A stretch of DNA of 64,000 nt from contig OY970176.1 of NCBI GenBank assembly GCA_963707955.1, forward strand, positions 640,001 to 704,000, given 5' to 3'. Shown here piece after piece: positions 10,148 through 19,904 of this stretch. The translations under genes and the position numbers were made by a program. The notes below the pieces were generated by a model, which worked only from the letters and a program-made list of their open reading frames with translations, searched no databases and had not been told where the DNA came from. The DNA comes from Candidatus Bathyarchaeota archaeon (GTDB lineage Archaea > Thermoproteota > Bathyarchaeia > Bathyarchaeales > Bathycorpusculaceae). How positions within the stretch are numbered: the stretch's first letter is position 1; the number at the start of each line of letters is the position of its first letter.

Positions 10148-12880
10148 TTATGTTCTCAACTTTCTGACGTAGAAGACTATTCCCACCGTAGCCACTGCGC
10201 CGATTCCTCCGAGAATGTAGAGTAAAAACTTTGCAAGTAGTGTTTCCTCCACTTGGACCGTTACCATCGACGTATTGGATTCATATATGGTTGCGGTGCC
10301 GTTAAAGCTCGCGTAGACCATCCAGGTTCCTGTCGTGCTGAACTTGAAGCTTCCTGAAAAAGTCCCATCATCGAGGGTTGTGCACACAGCCTCCTCCGTG
10401 TCGTTTGCCGAGACAAAATAAATCGTGACAAGCATGTCTTTCGCCTTTGGTGCCAACACTCCTGTTATTGTTACGTTATCTCCGGGTTTTGCTCCTGTTG
10501 GAATGGACGTGAAGTTCAGAGTAGAAGGATACTTCACTGTGTAGCTTCCATTGGCGCCCAGAGCGTTCTCAAGCGCATCAACAGCCGTGACCGAGTACTG
10601 AACCGTTGTGCCCGCTTCCTGTCCCGGTATGATCGCCGTGCAGGTTCTGTTGGAGATCTCCATCGGCGTAGTGTTAATGCTTGCCCAGTTGTCGATCGAG
10701 TACTGAAGAGTGGCGTTCTGCAGGTTGGCCATCGTTGAAACGTACGCGACAGTCGCGTTACTGCCTGGATACACCCTTGAAGGAATTAAACTGGGTGCCA
10801 GAGAGCTCTCGTTGAAATCTGTTTTGATCAGGAATTGGATAGTTCCGTTGCCGACTTCGCCTATGAAGACTAGTTGATACAGTGTTGTCTGGTTCGTAGG
10901 CGAAGTGAAGCTGAGGTGCATTTCCTGTCCGTAGAATTCGCAGTTTGCCCACGAAACACCACGATATTCTGTGGTCTCAAGGTTATAGCCTCCTACGACC
11001 GGGTCTCCTTCGGTCAAGTTGCCATACAGCCCTGGTTCCCATGCAAGAGGAACGCCGTTCAAGAGCGTCTGGTTGTTAGAGGTTGGATCAGTCATCAGGT
11101 AAAGCCTTGCTTCGTACATGTCCAGCGTTTCGGGGACCTTCACGTACACGTCTACCTGAGGGCTGTCAGTCACAAATTCGTAAGCCCAAGACGTGTTTAG
11201 ACTCTGCGTGTATTGGCTGTTCATTCCTTCTAAGTAGCGTTGATTCCAAACGTTGCACTCTATATCTTCGATTATCATGAACGTGGCCTGTTGTGCGCCT
11301 TTGCTAGCAAACGGGTTGTTTGAAATGACGAAAGTGTAGTTTCCCGTTAGTTTCGGAACGAAGAAAGGGTCACCGACCGTCACTCCGAGGTGCTCAGGCA
11401 TACCACTCGACTGGGTGTGATAACCCACCATTTGTCCATTGGGGTCGTAGACGTAAATGTCATAATCTGTCGTTGGCTCGCTGCCAGTATCGATCCATTG
11501 ACCGTAACAGTAAACATGGTAGCTGTGATCAGCTTCGAGTGGGCAGATCACGCTCCATTCTCTTCCTATTGCGATCTGAGATTCATTGAAATATACTGGC
11601 AACATCGGTTTGTCCAGAATGGTTACCTCGAGCTGTCCGACGCTATACGTTCCGTTGGCGACCAGAATTTGGCCGAGAACGTCCGTTGCCTCAACCGTGT
11701 AGTAAACCTGTGAGCCTGGTTCTTGAGCAGGAATTGTTGCTTTGCACGTTCTGTTATCGGGCAAAATGGCCATTGTCAAAGTGGCGTTGTTTTCCCAATC
11801 ATCGATTGAGTAATACAGCGCCGCATTCACCAAGTCCGTGGATGTGGAAACATACGAGATGTTTGCGCAGTCCCCTGGAAAGATTCTGTCTGGATTTCCA
11901 GCGGGCGATAGGCCTTCGTTGAAAGAGGTTTTAACCAAGAAACTGATCGTGCCTGTCCCCTTTTCGCCTATGAAGACGAGGTGGTAAAGACTCTGTCCAG
12001 ACGTTGCGTTGAGGCTGATTAGCATGTCCTGGCCGAAGTTATCGCACGTAGCGTAGGCTATTCCTTCATATCCTTGGCTGTCGGTGTCGTAGCCGCCTAT
12101 GTTGCCCATCTTGTTTCCGTAAAGCCCAGGCTCCCAGGCCAGTGGGACACCGCCCAAGGTCATATAGCCTGCGGAGGCATTGTTGGCCATCAGGAAGAGT
12201 CTGGCTTCATACATGTTCAACGAGTCTGGAACCTTAACTTGAACTTCAACGCGAGAACTGTTCGTCATGAACTCGTACGCCCAACTGGTCTGGTATTGGG
12301 GCAGATCGTTGCTGTCTTTTCCTTCAATCTGACAGTCATACCAAGCGTTGGGTTCGACGTTTTCTATTATCATGAAGGTTGCCTGATCAGCTCCGTTGCT
12401 TTCTCCGGCGTCATTGGATATCGTGAAGGTGTAGTTTCCTGTTTGTTGGGGGATGAAGAAAGGCTGGTTTGGGCTTGATCCCAGGTCTATAGGCGATGCC
12501 GTGTGGTAGCCTTCAATCGTGCCGTTGGGGCCGTAAATGTACATGTCGTAGTCCGTTCTGTTCACCGAGTCGGTGAGCCACTCGCCGTAGAGGTAGGCAT
12601 GATACTCATGGTCTGCTTGAAGAGGAACGACTATGCTATAGTTTTCACCTATGGGTATTTGTGATGCGTTTAGAAAGACGGGGAAAAAGGGTTTTTCCAT
12701 GTAGGTCCAGTTTCCGAGTGGTCCCGTGTTGATGAAGTTGTGCACGTACATCTGATTTTCAGGCGTGTATTCAGCATTGACTTTGATCATGGGATTGGCG
12801 AGCAGGGCATAAGCTATGGTGATCATGACTAGAACTAAGAGTAATCTCTCCGCCTTTGGAGCAATTCTCAAGTGCATCAC
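10148..12880 (-). CDS. Large secreted cell-surface glycoprotein with internal tandem duplication and C-terminal TM anchor
   Basis: Signal peptide; two ~360-aa homologous halves (TDYD.Y.Y.PNG, SWAYEF, MYEARL.LM, GVPLAWEPGLYGN, YSID.W); Ig-like domain; TM + RKLR. Confidence 0.85.
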   Translation of the reverse strand: MMHLRIAPKAERLLLVLVMITIAYALLANPMIKVNAEYTPENQMYVHNFINTGPLGNWTYMEKPFFPVFLNASQIPIGENYSIVVPLQADHEYHAYLYGEWLTDSVNRTDYDMYIYGPNGTIEGYHTASPIDLGSSPNQPFFIPQQTGNYTFTISNDAGESNGADQATFMIIENVEPNAWYDCQIEGKDSNDLPQYQTSWAYEFMTNSSRVEVQVKVPDSLNMYEARLFLMANNASAGYMTLGGVPLAWEPGLYGNKMGNIGGYDTDSQGYEGIAYATCDNFGQDMLISLNATSGQSLYHLVFIGEKGTGTISFLVKTSFNEGLSPAGNPDRIFPGDCANISYVSTSTDLVNAALYYSIDDWENNATLTMAILPDNRTCKATIPAQEPGSQVYYTVEATDVLGQILVANGTYSVGQLEVTILDKPMLPVYFNESQIAIGREWSVICPLEADHSYHVYCYGQWIDTGSEPTTDYDIYVYDPNGQMVGYHTQSSGMPEHLGVTVGDPFFVPKLTGNYTFVISNNPFASKGAQQATFMIIEDIECNVWNQRYLEGMNSQYTQSLNTSWAYEFVTDSPQVDVYVKVPETLDMYEARLYLMTDPTSNNQTLLNGVPLAWEPGLYGNLTEGDPVVGGYNLETTEYRGVSWANCEFYGQEMHLSFTSPTNQTTLYQLVFIGEVGNGTIQFLIKTDFNESSLAPSLIPSRVYPGSNATVAYVSTMANLQNATLQYSIDNWASINTTPMEISNRTCTAIIPGQEAGTTVQYSVTAVDALENALGANGSYTVKYPSTLNFTSIPTGAKPGDNVTITGVLAPKAKDMLVTIYFVSANDTEEAVCTTLDDGTFSGSFKFSTTGTWMVYASFNGTATIYESNTSMVTVQVEETLLAKFLLYILGGIGAVATVGIVFYVRKLRT

Positions 12881-13518
12881 TGTTATGTGTTAGTTTGTTT
12901 GGATTCTTGGAGAGATATCTGTTATGAACAGGGGGTCATGATCGAGAATTAGGATGATAGTTCATGTTATAGATGCCAAAATCGCAGGACACCCTTGCGC
13001 GTGCTGCAGGCGAATGAGAAAAAGAGTCTGAACAGAATTGAAGTCACTTTTTTATGACGTGGAACAAAGAGCAAGGAATAGTGTTTTTCTAACATGCGCG
13101 CGCACAAATTCCTAGCTTTTTTACAAATGCTGAAGACGGAGCGCCTTCATTAGACATGCATACTAGTCCATCCATCTTGTGATTTCGCTTACGCTCGACC
13201 GTTTAGGGGAAGCGAGCGCTAGCGCCAGACGAGGGTTACAGAGGCCTCTGTCTCATTCCAAGAACGGACTCAACAATGTTTTTTCTCGACCATTCGCCTT
13301 CGCTCATTTCCTCCATCAAAAAACTTTTTTCGGCACCTCTGCAAAAATTCTTCCAACTATCTGCTCAGTATCTAGCCCCATGTCCCAAAGCATACCTATT
13401 CTCTCCTTCAGTTTCAACATGTTGCGCGCGCGTCACTTGAATCTGCGCCAGCCTGAATGCTTATTCAGGGAAGGTCTTAAATATCCGTTGAAAACATACG
13501 CTTAAACGGTCGTTTGCG

Positions 13519-14100
13519 TTGAAGGAAAAAATTCTGATACTCTTAGTGGTTTTGGCTGCCGCATCATTGGCTTTCTCACCTCTTTGTAGGGCAACCGCAA
13601 GCCTTGAGATCACCGGCTATACGGACCAGACTTACTACAAGCCTGGTGACACTGGGACGCTCAAATTCTGGGTATACAATAGCGGAACTGAGGATCTGAT
13701 TCTGAAGAACGTCACCATATACTATCCATGGTATAACTCCGTGGGACTATGGGGAGGAAACGAAACCATCACACCTTCAACTTCCACGGTAATCGCAGCG
13801 GGTGGAAACTGGAGCGGCACGTCTTCCTTCACGGTGCCGAATGACGGAAGGGTCGTTGGAGTAAGCAGTTCAATCAGCATCAATGTTGTCACCGATAAGA
13901 CCACGGGGTTCTCATCTATTTCGATCAGCTTGGCAAGCGTGCCTCTCTACTTCTCTCTTCAAAACATAGACCAGCTTATGACGTGGCTCATGGTTCTAGT
14001 GGTTGTAATCGTAGTTTGCACTTTGATAATAGCAGGAGCAATATTCCTCTCATTGCGTAGACGACAGATGATGTGGAAACAAGAAGTGAAAGCGCCGTAA
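13519..14100 (+). CDS. Secreted Ig-like domain protein with C-terminal TM anchor
   Basis: Signal peptide, YKPGDTGTLKFWVYNSG, TM helix followed by RRR. Confidence 0.8.
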   Translation: MKEKILILLVVLAAASLAFSPLCRATASLEITGYTDQTYYKPGDTGTLKFWVYNSGTEDLILKNVTIYYPWYNSVGLWGGNETITPSTSTVIAAGGNWSGTSSFTVPNDGRVVGVSSSISINVVTDKTTGFSSISISLASVPLYFSLQNIDQLMTWLMVLVVVIVVCTLIIAGAIFLSLRRRQMMWKQEVKAP

Positions 14101-14329
14101 GCCGAAACCTCCAATCCCACTTTTTCTATCCAAATTAACAAGAAATTTCCCTGATGGCGTGCGAGCCTCCTGCGACAAAAGTCTCTATTTCTCGACTTAA
14201 AAAACCTCCCATGCTTTCATCTTTCGAAAACACAGTATGCAATGGAGGCGTATACTCGATTCGTATACTACCCCCTACAATGCTCTCACTTTCCACTATG
14301 GTCTGAATCCCGTATACGCCCTGCCAAGC

Positions 14330-14594
14330 TCATTTTTCCAAAGCAGGGCATAGTCGTTTTTGGTTGGTTGGACAAAACTTTACCCGCATATGCAACACTT
14401 CCTGGGCCACAAGAAACTCATTTTCAACCAAGATTTACACAAACATCGAACACACCCTATTCGAAGCAGGAGCCAACGATGAATTCACAGTGAAAGTAGC
14501 AGAAAAACCCAATGAAGTTAAAGCGCTGCTAGAAGTCGGGTTCGAATACGTCCTTCAAAAAGATAACCTAATATTCCTGAGGAAACGCAAATGA
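14330..14594 (+). pseudogene. C-terminal remnant of a tyrosine integrase
   Basis: MQHFLGHKK, frameshift, then STKIYT (catalytic H and Y region) and tail EFTVKVAEKPNEVKALLEVGFEYVLQKDNLIFLRKRK, which I recall as typical of Bathyarchaeia integrases. Confidence 0.7.
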
Positions 14595-14664
14595 CTAGGA
14601 AAGCTTCGCTCGCCAGAAACATCGCCAGGCACCAAGAAAAAATACCAAGTCAGTCAAAATCAGG

Positions 14665-14753
14665 GCGGGGTTGCCCTAACCTGGTAGGGGGCAGGCCTGC
14701 TAAGTCTGTGGCTGGAAACGGCCGCGTGGGTTCAAATCCCACACCCCGCGCCA
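14665..14753 (+). tRNA. tRNA-Ser(GCT), integration target
   Basis: GCGGGGT/ACCCCGC acceptor stem, anticodon arm CAGGC-CTGCTAA-GTCTG, long variable arm, GTGGG-TTCAAAT-CCCAC T arm, G73, encoded CCA. Confidence 0.95.
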
Positions 14754-14754
14754 A
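14734..14754 (+). repeat. attL core (tRNA 3' end)
   Basis: AAATCCCACACCCCGCGCCAA matches 29285-29305 at 20/21 positions. Confidence 0.9.
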
Positions 14755-14804
14755 CAAAAACTTCAAATCGGGAAGACCTCCCAACATGTTTTAAGGAGAC
14801 AACT

Positions 14805-16136
14805 TTGGGAATCTACCGCTACGAAAGGCGCCTATGGCTCGCCGTTGAAGGACCTGAAGGAATCAAGAAGTCAAAGACGATCATCCCCCAGAACAAGAAG
14901 CTGCTGCTTAATTATGCTGAGTATCTCAAGGCCACCGGAAAGAGCCTTCCACGTCGAGACAAGCTAGTCAGAACCCTGAAGATCTTCGCAACTCTTCTAG
15001 GCCCAATACCCTTCAAACTTGCAACTAAAGAGAACATGATTCAGATCCTGGCGAAAGCTGAAGATCACTGGATGTCCGAGTTAAGCAAGAAGGGCAGACC
15101 TGGACCAGCTTCAGACTACACGCGCAGAGACTTCCAGGAAATAATCAAACAGTTCTACGCATGGCTCTTTGATGTCGAGGATCCACGCCACGAGGGATAT
15201 CCCAAGGTTGTTAGCTGGATACGCTCCAAGGCGCCGAAACAGAAGCTCAAGGCCTCCGATCTACTCACTCCCGCAGAAGTGAAGAAACTAATCAGCGTCA
15301 CACTGGACATGCGGCTCAAGGCTCTGATAGCCGTGTGCTATGAATGCGGTCTAAGGGTTGGCGAGGCTCTTCAGATGCACATAGGAGACGTCGAGTTACA
15401 AGAACAGTGCGGAACACTGACGGTGAGCGGAAAAACAGGACCGCGCGTAGCCTACTCAATCGAATCGTTACCATTGCTCATGCAGTGGTTAGATCAGCAC
15501 CCAACCCGAAACAACCGTGAAGCCTGGCTCTGGACAGATGACACGGAACCCTTAACCTACGATAGGGCCCGCTTCAAACTTCTAGAATGCAAACGAAAGG
15601 CAAACATACACAAAAGAATATTCTTCCATCTTTTCAGACACAGCTCGGCCACTTCTAACGCACAATTAGGCGAGTCCATGCTGCGTAGCATCTACGGCTG
15701 GAGCAAAAACAGCGATGAACCGAGCACCTACGTCCATCTCTCAGGAGAGACAGTTAAGAAAGCCTTACTCGAGAAAGCCGGCCTGAAGCAGAAAGCCCAA
15801 GAGGAGCCGGCAGTCATCATGTGCCCTCGCTGTGGAAATCCTAACCAACCGAACGCAAGTCTATGCATAAAATGCAAGGGTGTCTTGAAAATCCAGGATG
15901 CGGTTTCAATGAGCGGGCTCCTGGAGCAGGTTCAAAGACTGAATGAGAAAATCGAGAGAATGACTCCGGAATTCGCTCGGCATGAAGAACTATTCAGGAT
16001 CATGAAGAAGAAAGGTCTCGTCACAGAGATTAAGGACAAACCGGCTTCAGGGTCGGGCCAACTCTACACACCTTTTCGAATTCGCAGAGATACTAAAGAT
16101 GGAAAGAAGCAAGGTTTCTGCATCACTTTAGGTTAG
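14805..16136 (+). CDS. Tyrosine recombinase/integrase with C-terminal zinc ribbon
   Basis: GLRVGE (R), GKTG (K), HLFRH (HxxR), YGW, YVHL (Y); CPRC...CIKC ribbon and coiled coil. Confidence 0.93.
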   Translation: MGIYRYERRLWLAVEGPEGIKKSKTIIPQNKKLLLNYAEYLKATGKSLPRRDKLVRTLKIFATLLGPIPFKLATKENMIQILAKAEDHWMSELSKKGRPGPASDYTRRDFQEIIKQFYAWLFDVEDPRHEGYPKVVSWIRSKAPKQKLKASDLLTPAEVKKLISVTLDMRLKALIAVCYECGLRVGEALQMHIGDVELQEQCGTLTVSGKTGPRVAYSIESLPLLMQWLDQHPTRNNREAWLWTDDTEPLTYDRARFKLLECKRKANIHKRIFFHLFRHSSATSNAQLGESMLRSIYGWSKNSDEPSTYVHLSGETVKKALLEKAGLKQKAQEEPAVIMCPRCGNPNQPNASLCIKCKGVLKIQDAVSMSGLLEQVQRLNEKIERMTPEFARHEELFRIMKKKGLVTEIKDKPASGSGQLYTPFRIRRDTKDGKKQGFCITLG

Positions 16137-16334
16137 GGCTAAACCCTTGAAACTAGGCCTCTTCTCTTCTATAGGCCTCGTTCTTTGATTCTGCATTCTG
16201 CCACCTTGGCAGATTCGCTGAAAAGAAGACTTCACAGAACCCTTAGGGATAAAACTTATACTATCAAAGACGCCTATTAGCGAGGCAGAATATCTCCAGT
16301 ATTTTCACTGGCCATTGAAAAAGGAGGTTATGGA

Positions 16335-18896
16335 ATGGTCGATTTCAACAAGTTGCTCGGTAAGAAGAAACTGAGCAAAGTCTTGGATCCAATATTGATT
16401 TTCAAGGATCTCGATAAGGAAATTGGCAAGGAGGATCTCAGACTCCCCCAGGCTGCAGTTCTGAAAGACTGGCATGAGAAATGGAGAAGTAAGCGTGATA
16501 TCATTGTGAAACTGCATACAGGTCAAGGGAAGACTCTCATAGGATTGCTCATTCTCCAGTCATCCTTGAATGAAGGGTTTGGACCAGCTCTTTATGTCTG
16601 CCCAAATAAGTATCTCGTGAATCAAACCATCGAACAAGCTCGAGAATTTGGAATTCATACAGTTCAGTTCGCTCCAGACGTAACAAGGCCTCCCCAAACC
16701 TTCCTCAATTCGAACTCTATCTTGGTAACAAACTGCAAGAAACTTTTCAATGGAAAGTCAGTATTTGGAATTGCTGGGTCAGGCAGAGAGCCGATAAGCC
16801 TCGGCGCGATTGTGATGGATGACGCTCACAAGTGTCTTGACATAATTCGCGAGGCATTTTCAGTAACGGTTGATAGAACAGATGCTGATGGAAAACCCAA
16901 TCCGATGTACTCAGAGATTTGGGATTTGTTTAGGGAGTCTCTGGGAAGGCAGGCACCTGGAACCTGTTCAGATATTGAATCTGGCGAACCGAATAGCTTG
17001 ATGGCTGTTCCATTCTGGGCATGGCATAACAAACAAAAAGAAGTGCTGCAGACGCTTCGAACGCATAAAGAAGGAAAAGAACTACTATTCGTCTGGGATC
17101 TACTCAAAAACAGAATCGAACAATCGCTTTGTCTTTTCTCCGGAACGAGGCTTGAAATCGCTCCCCGAATTCTTCCAATTGATCTTGTACCAAGTTTTTC
17201 TCAGGCAAAGAGGCGCATCTTTCTTTCTGCAACGTTGACTGAAGATTCATTCCTAGTGAGAGATCTATTGATAGACCCAGAGAGCGTTTCTGAGCCATTG
17301 TCATCTGGTGACGTCAGCTATTGCGGAGAGCGGTTGATAATCATACCCTCTTTGGTTGATCTAAACCTCAGACGCGAACAGCTGATAAGATGGGTTTCCG
17401 CAATCGCAAGAAAACATGGGAGTTTTGGTGTAGCAGCAATAACCCCCTCCTTTGAGCACGCAAAGCATTGGGAAAAATACGGTGCCAAGGTGACGAATGT
17501 AGAGAATCTTGAGGAGGAAATAAGCAATCTTCAGGGAAGGATCAAGAAAAGGGAAGCTAAGGAAGTAATGATAATCGTAAACGAGTACGACGGCGTGGAC
17601 CTGCCAGACAACACTTGCAGGATTCTGACACTGGATTCTCTTCCGACCTATAGCTCTCTTATCGAAAGATTTGCTCAAGAAATGAGACCGACATCAGGGA
17701 TAATCAGAAGACATCTTGCGCAAAGAGTCGAACAAGGGATGGGTCGAGCGATTCGTGGGAGTAGCGATTGGTGTATAGTAGTCGTTGTTGGAAACAACCT
17801 GACTAATTTCCTGTCCGAGCATTCAAAGAGACAATTCCTCTCGAAGGAAGCCCAGATGCAGATCAAGATAGGAGAGGAACTCGCAAGTGAAATGAAACAA
17901 GAGGGAGCGGAAGTGGGAGTTGTCGAGAGACTCATTAATCAGGTTTTGAACAGGGAACCTGGGTGGAAGGAGTACTACAAGAAAGGAATGTCAGAAATTG
18001 GTGTCGAAACCATAAGCTCTGAAAATCTCAAACGTGCCATTTTGGAAAGAGATGCAGAGACATTCTACATTCAAGGGAATTTCAAAAAGGCAAAAGATAC
18101 AATTCAAGAACTAATCCAAATGTCGGAACAGACCGACAAAGGCTGGTATTTCCAGCTTATGGCTACCTACTTGTTCCCAATAGACAGCACAACCTCCATG
18201 GATATTCAGGTCAAAGCTCACAGCGAAAACAACCGACTTTTCCGCCCTGAAGCTGGGATAACCTACTCTAAGGTGACGGCAACTGGAAGCAACCGCGCTT
18301 CACTTATCCTAAGCTGGATGCGCACGTATGACTCCTACAATGCGCTCTTGATTAATCTTGGGAGTATTCTGGATAGAGTAGCGTTTACGGCACCTTCTGA
18401 GTCTTTCGAAGAAGGGATGAATGAATTAGGCAAAGCTCTTGGATTCTTGACTGATCGACCAGAGAAGGCTTCTGGAAGCGGACCCGACGATCTATGGAAC
18501 ATAGACGGTAAGAGATACTGGATAATCGAATGCAAAAACATGATTTCGTCGCAACGCAAAGAAATCACTAAGAAAGAAGCTGGGCAACTTGGCAATGCTA
18601 TCGGATGGTTCAAAACTAACTACAAGGATTGTGATGGAACCTATGTCTTTGTTCATCCAGCAGATGTGTACGCAAAAGATGCATATCCGCCGGAGCAGAT
18701 ATGGTGTCTAAACCCTCAAGGTCTTGACAAATTGAAGAAGAACGTTATGGCCTTCTATGTTTCCATGCAAAGTACGCCTCTTGCAGATGTCTCCGAAAAT
18801 TTGATTCGCAAAAAGCTGACCGAGTTTAGTCTGGAAACGAGTGTTGTGGCGACATCCTACCTAAAACGTGCAGAAAAGGGTCAGGCTTCAAAATAG
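16335..18896 (+). CDS. SF2 (DinG/XPD-like) helicase fused to C-terminal PD-(D/E)xK nuclease; Hna-like anti-viral candidate
   Basis: Q motif LRLPQ, HTGQGKT, MDDAH, FLSAT, YDGVDLPD, QGMGRAIRG; C-terminal GPDDLW...IIECK; SD AGGAGGT upstream. Confidence 0.75.
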   Translation: MVDFNKLLGKKKLSKVLDPILIFKDLDKEIGKEDLRLPQAAVLKDWHEKWRSKRDIIVKLHTGQGKTLIGLLILQSSLNEGFGPALYVCPNKYLVNQTIEQAREFGIHTVQFAPDVTRPPQTFLNSNSILVTNCKKLFNGKSVFGIAGSGREPISLGAIVMDDAHKCLDIIREAFSVTVDRTDADGKPNPMYSEIWDLFRESLGRQAPGTCSDIESGEPNSLMAVPFWAWHNKQKEVLQTLRTHKEGKELLFVWDLLKNRIEQSLCLFSGTRLEIAPRILPIDLVPSFSQAKRRIFLSATLTEDSFLVRDLLIDPESVSEPLSSGDVSYCGERLIIIPSLVDLNLRREQLIRWVSAIARKHGSFGVAAITPSFEHAKHWEKYGAKVTNVENLEEEISNLQGRIKKREAKEVMIIVNEYDGVDLPDNTCRILTLDSLPTYSSLIERFAQEMRPTSGIIRRHLAQRVEQGMGRAIRGSSDWCIVVVVGNNLTNFLSEHSKRQFLSKEAQMQIKIGEELASEMKQEGAEVGVVERLINQVLNREPGWKEYYKKGMSEIGVETISSENLKRAILERDAETFYIQGNFKKAKDTIQELIQMSEQTDKGWYFQLMATYLFPIDSTTSMDIQVKAHSENNRLFRPEAGITYSKVTATGSNRASLILSWMRTYDSYNALLINLGSILDRVAFTAPSESFEEGMNELGKALGFLTDRPEKASGSGPDDLWNIDGKRYWIIECKNMISSQRKEITKKEAGQLGNAIGWFKTNYKDCDGTYVFVHPADVYAKDAYPPEQIWCLNPQGLDKLKKNVMAFYVSMQSTPLADVSENLIRKKLTEFSLETSVVATSYLKRAEKGQASK

Positions 18897-19140
18897 CCGG
18901 TCTCGTGTGCGAGCCCTCTGGATAGACATGTCTAGATACGTCAATAGTAGTATCGCTATTCCTTAAACCCGAAGCGAATTGGTATTTATGGGAGATATCC
19001 GTTTGAGTGTAAATACGTCACCTCAACCAGGGTCCATTTGCAGCCAAGCTGGCTGCAATAGGCATGGTTTCCTCAGGCTAGCGGCACTATTCATTTTATC
19101 TGAGAAAGACTCTTACATAAGATCGTATATACGGTTACTC

Positions 19141-19224
19141 GGAGGGGGTTCCCCAGTGGTCACGGGGGCTCGCTTGTCAACCGAGTGCCGTAGGGCTGCG
19201 CGGGTTCGACTCCCGCCTCCTATT
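19141..19224 (+). ncRNA. Aberrant class-II tRNA-like gene (GTC anticodon position, long variable arm)
   Basis: D arm CCCC-AGTGGTCAC-GGGG, anticodon arm CTCG(C)-TTGTCAA-(C)CGAG, variable arm GCC-GTAG-GGC, T arm GCGGG-TTCGACT-CCCGC; imperfect acceptor stem; TATA-like TTACATAA ~25 nt upstream and T-rich tail. Confidence 0.7.
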
Positions 19225-19549
19225 TTGTATATTTTGGTCAGGCTATGAAGAGAGTACGCGCGCTAGATGGTTATAAGCAAAATTCGTGAACCAAATTAGG
19301 AAGGTTAGCCTCTTCATGCAAACAATGCTTTGCCTCTTTTTTTCAGTCACAGAGGTCACTCTCATTTTTCGAGGACATTTCAACTCGTGACTGCGGGCTG
19401 ACAAATGAGTTGACACGATGTATATATAATACTCGAAGACTCCATCCCCTTGAACAGCCTCTATGTCAAAGCAGTGACAATTCTGGAGAACATCAGGCCA
19501 GCTCTCGAGAGTTCATGGGTTTCTAGCGTCTTTAGGCCTCTAGAGCCTC

Positions 19550-19735
19550 GAGGACTTGCGAGCGCCCCCGAGACATCTCGAGATGATTCTCACATATTTC
19601 GAAAGCGTCGAGTTCTGCATACCCTCTGATACAGAGGTTTCCCCGAGCCTTTTTTGCTTCGAGAATTCTGCAGGCCTTCTGCAGGAGGTCTCGTCAAGTC
19701 CTCTTGATGTCGGGAGTGATACTCAAGATGTCTCG
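19550..19735. ncRNA. Putative structured non-coding element
   Basis: ~25-bp imperfect stem 19569-19595/19707-19735, 13-bp stem 19550-19562/19690-19703, internal hairpins 19623-19637 and 19666-19687; no convincing ORF. Confidence 0.45.
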
Positions 19736-19760
19736 ACAGTCTGGAACAAGAATGCCTTGC

Positions 19761-19784
19761 TTCGTTTTCTTTGCATAAAACGAA
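19761..19784. repeat. Island palindrome copy 1
   Basis: TTCGTTTTCT-TTGC-ATAAAACGAA. Confidence 0.8.
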
Positions 19785-19825
19785 AGTAGACTTTAGCTAA
19801 TCTGTGTGCTCTGAGAACCTGCTTT

Positions 19826-19904
19826 CCATGGTGACACCACGGTATCAGTGACCCCCATTCTTCTAGGGGTCCAAACGTGGGCATTGACCCGAGCGACCCC
19901 ACCA
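19826..19904. ncRNA. Unknown structured motif, copy A
   Basis: Hairpins CCATGGT-GAC-ACCACGG and GACCCC-N10-GGGGTC, then CAAACGTGGGC...AGCGACCCCACCA; paralogue at 24912-25005. Confidence 0.5.

Noticed and set aside
19171-19182. TCA in the tRNA-like loop suggesting tRNA-Sec or an opal suppressor
   Set aside because: Loop symmetry puts GTC at 34-36. A TCA register would need G33 and an off-centre loop, and the Sec-type long D stem and acceptor are absent.
19820-19850. Hammerhead-like CUGA...stem...GAAA on the minus strand of motif A
   Set aside because: The core reads CUGAUAC rather than CUGANGA, there is no convincing stem I/III, and copy B does not keep it.
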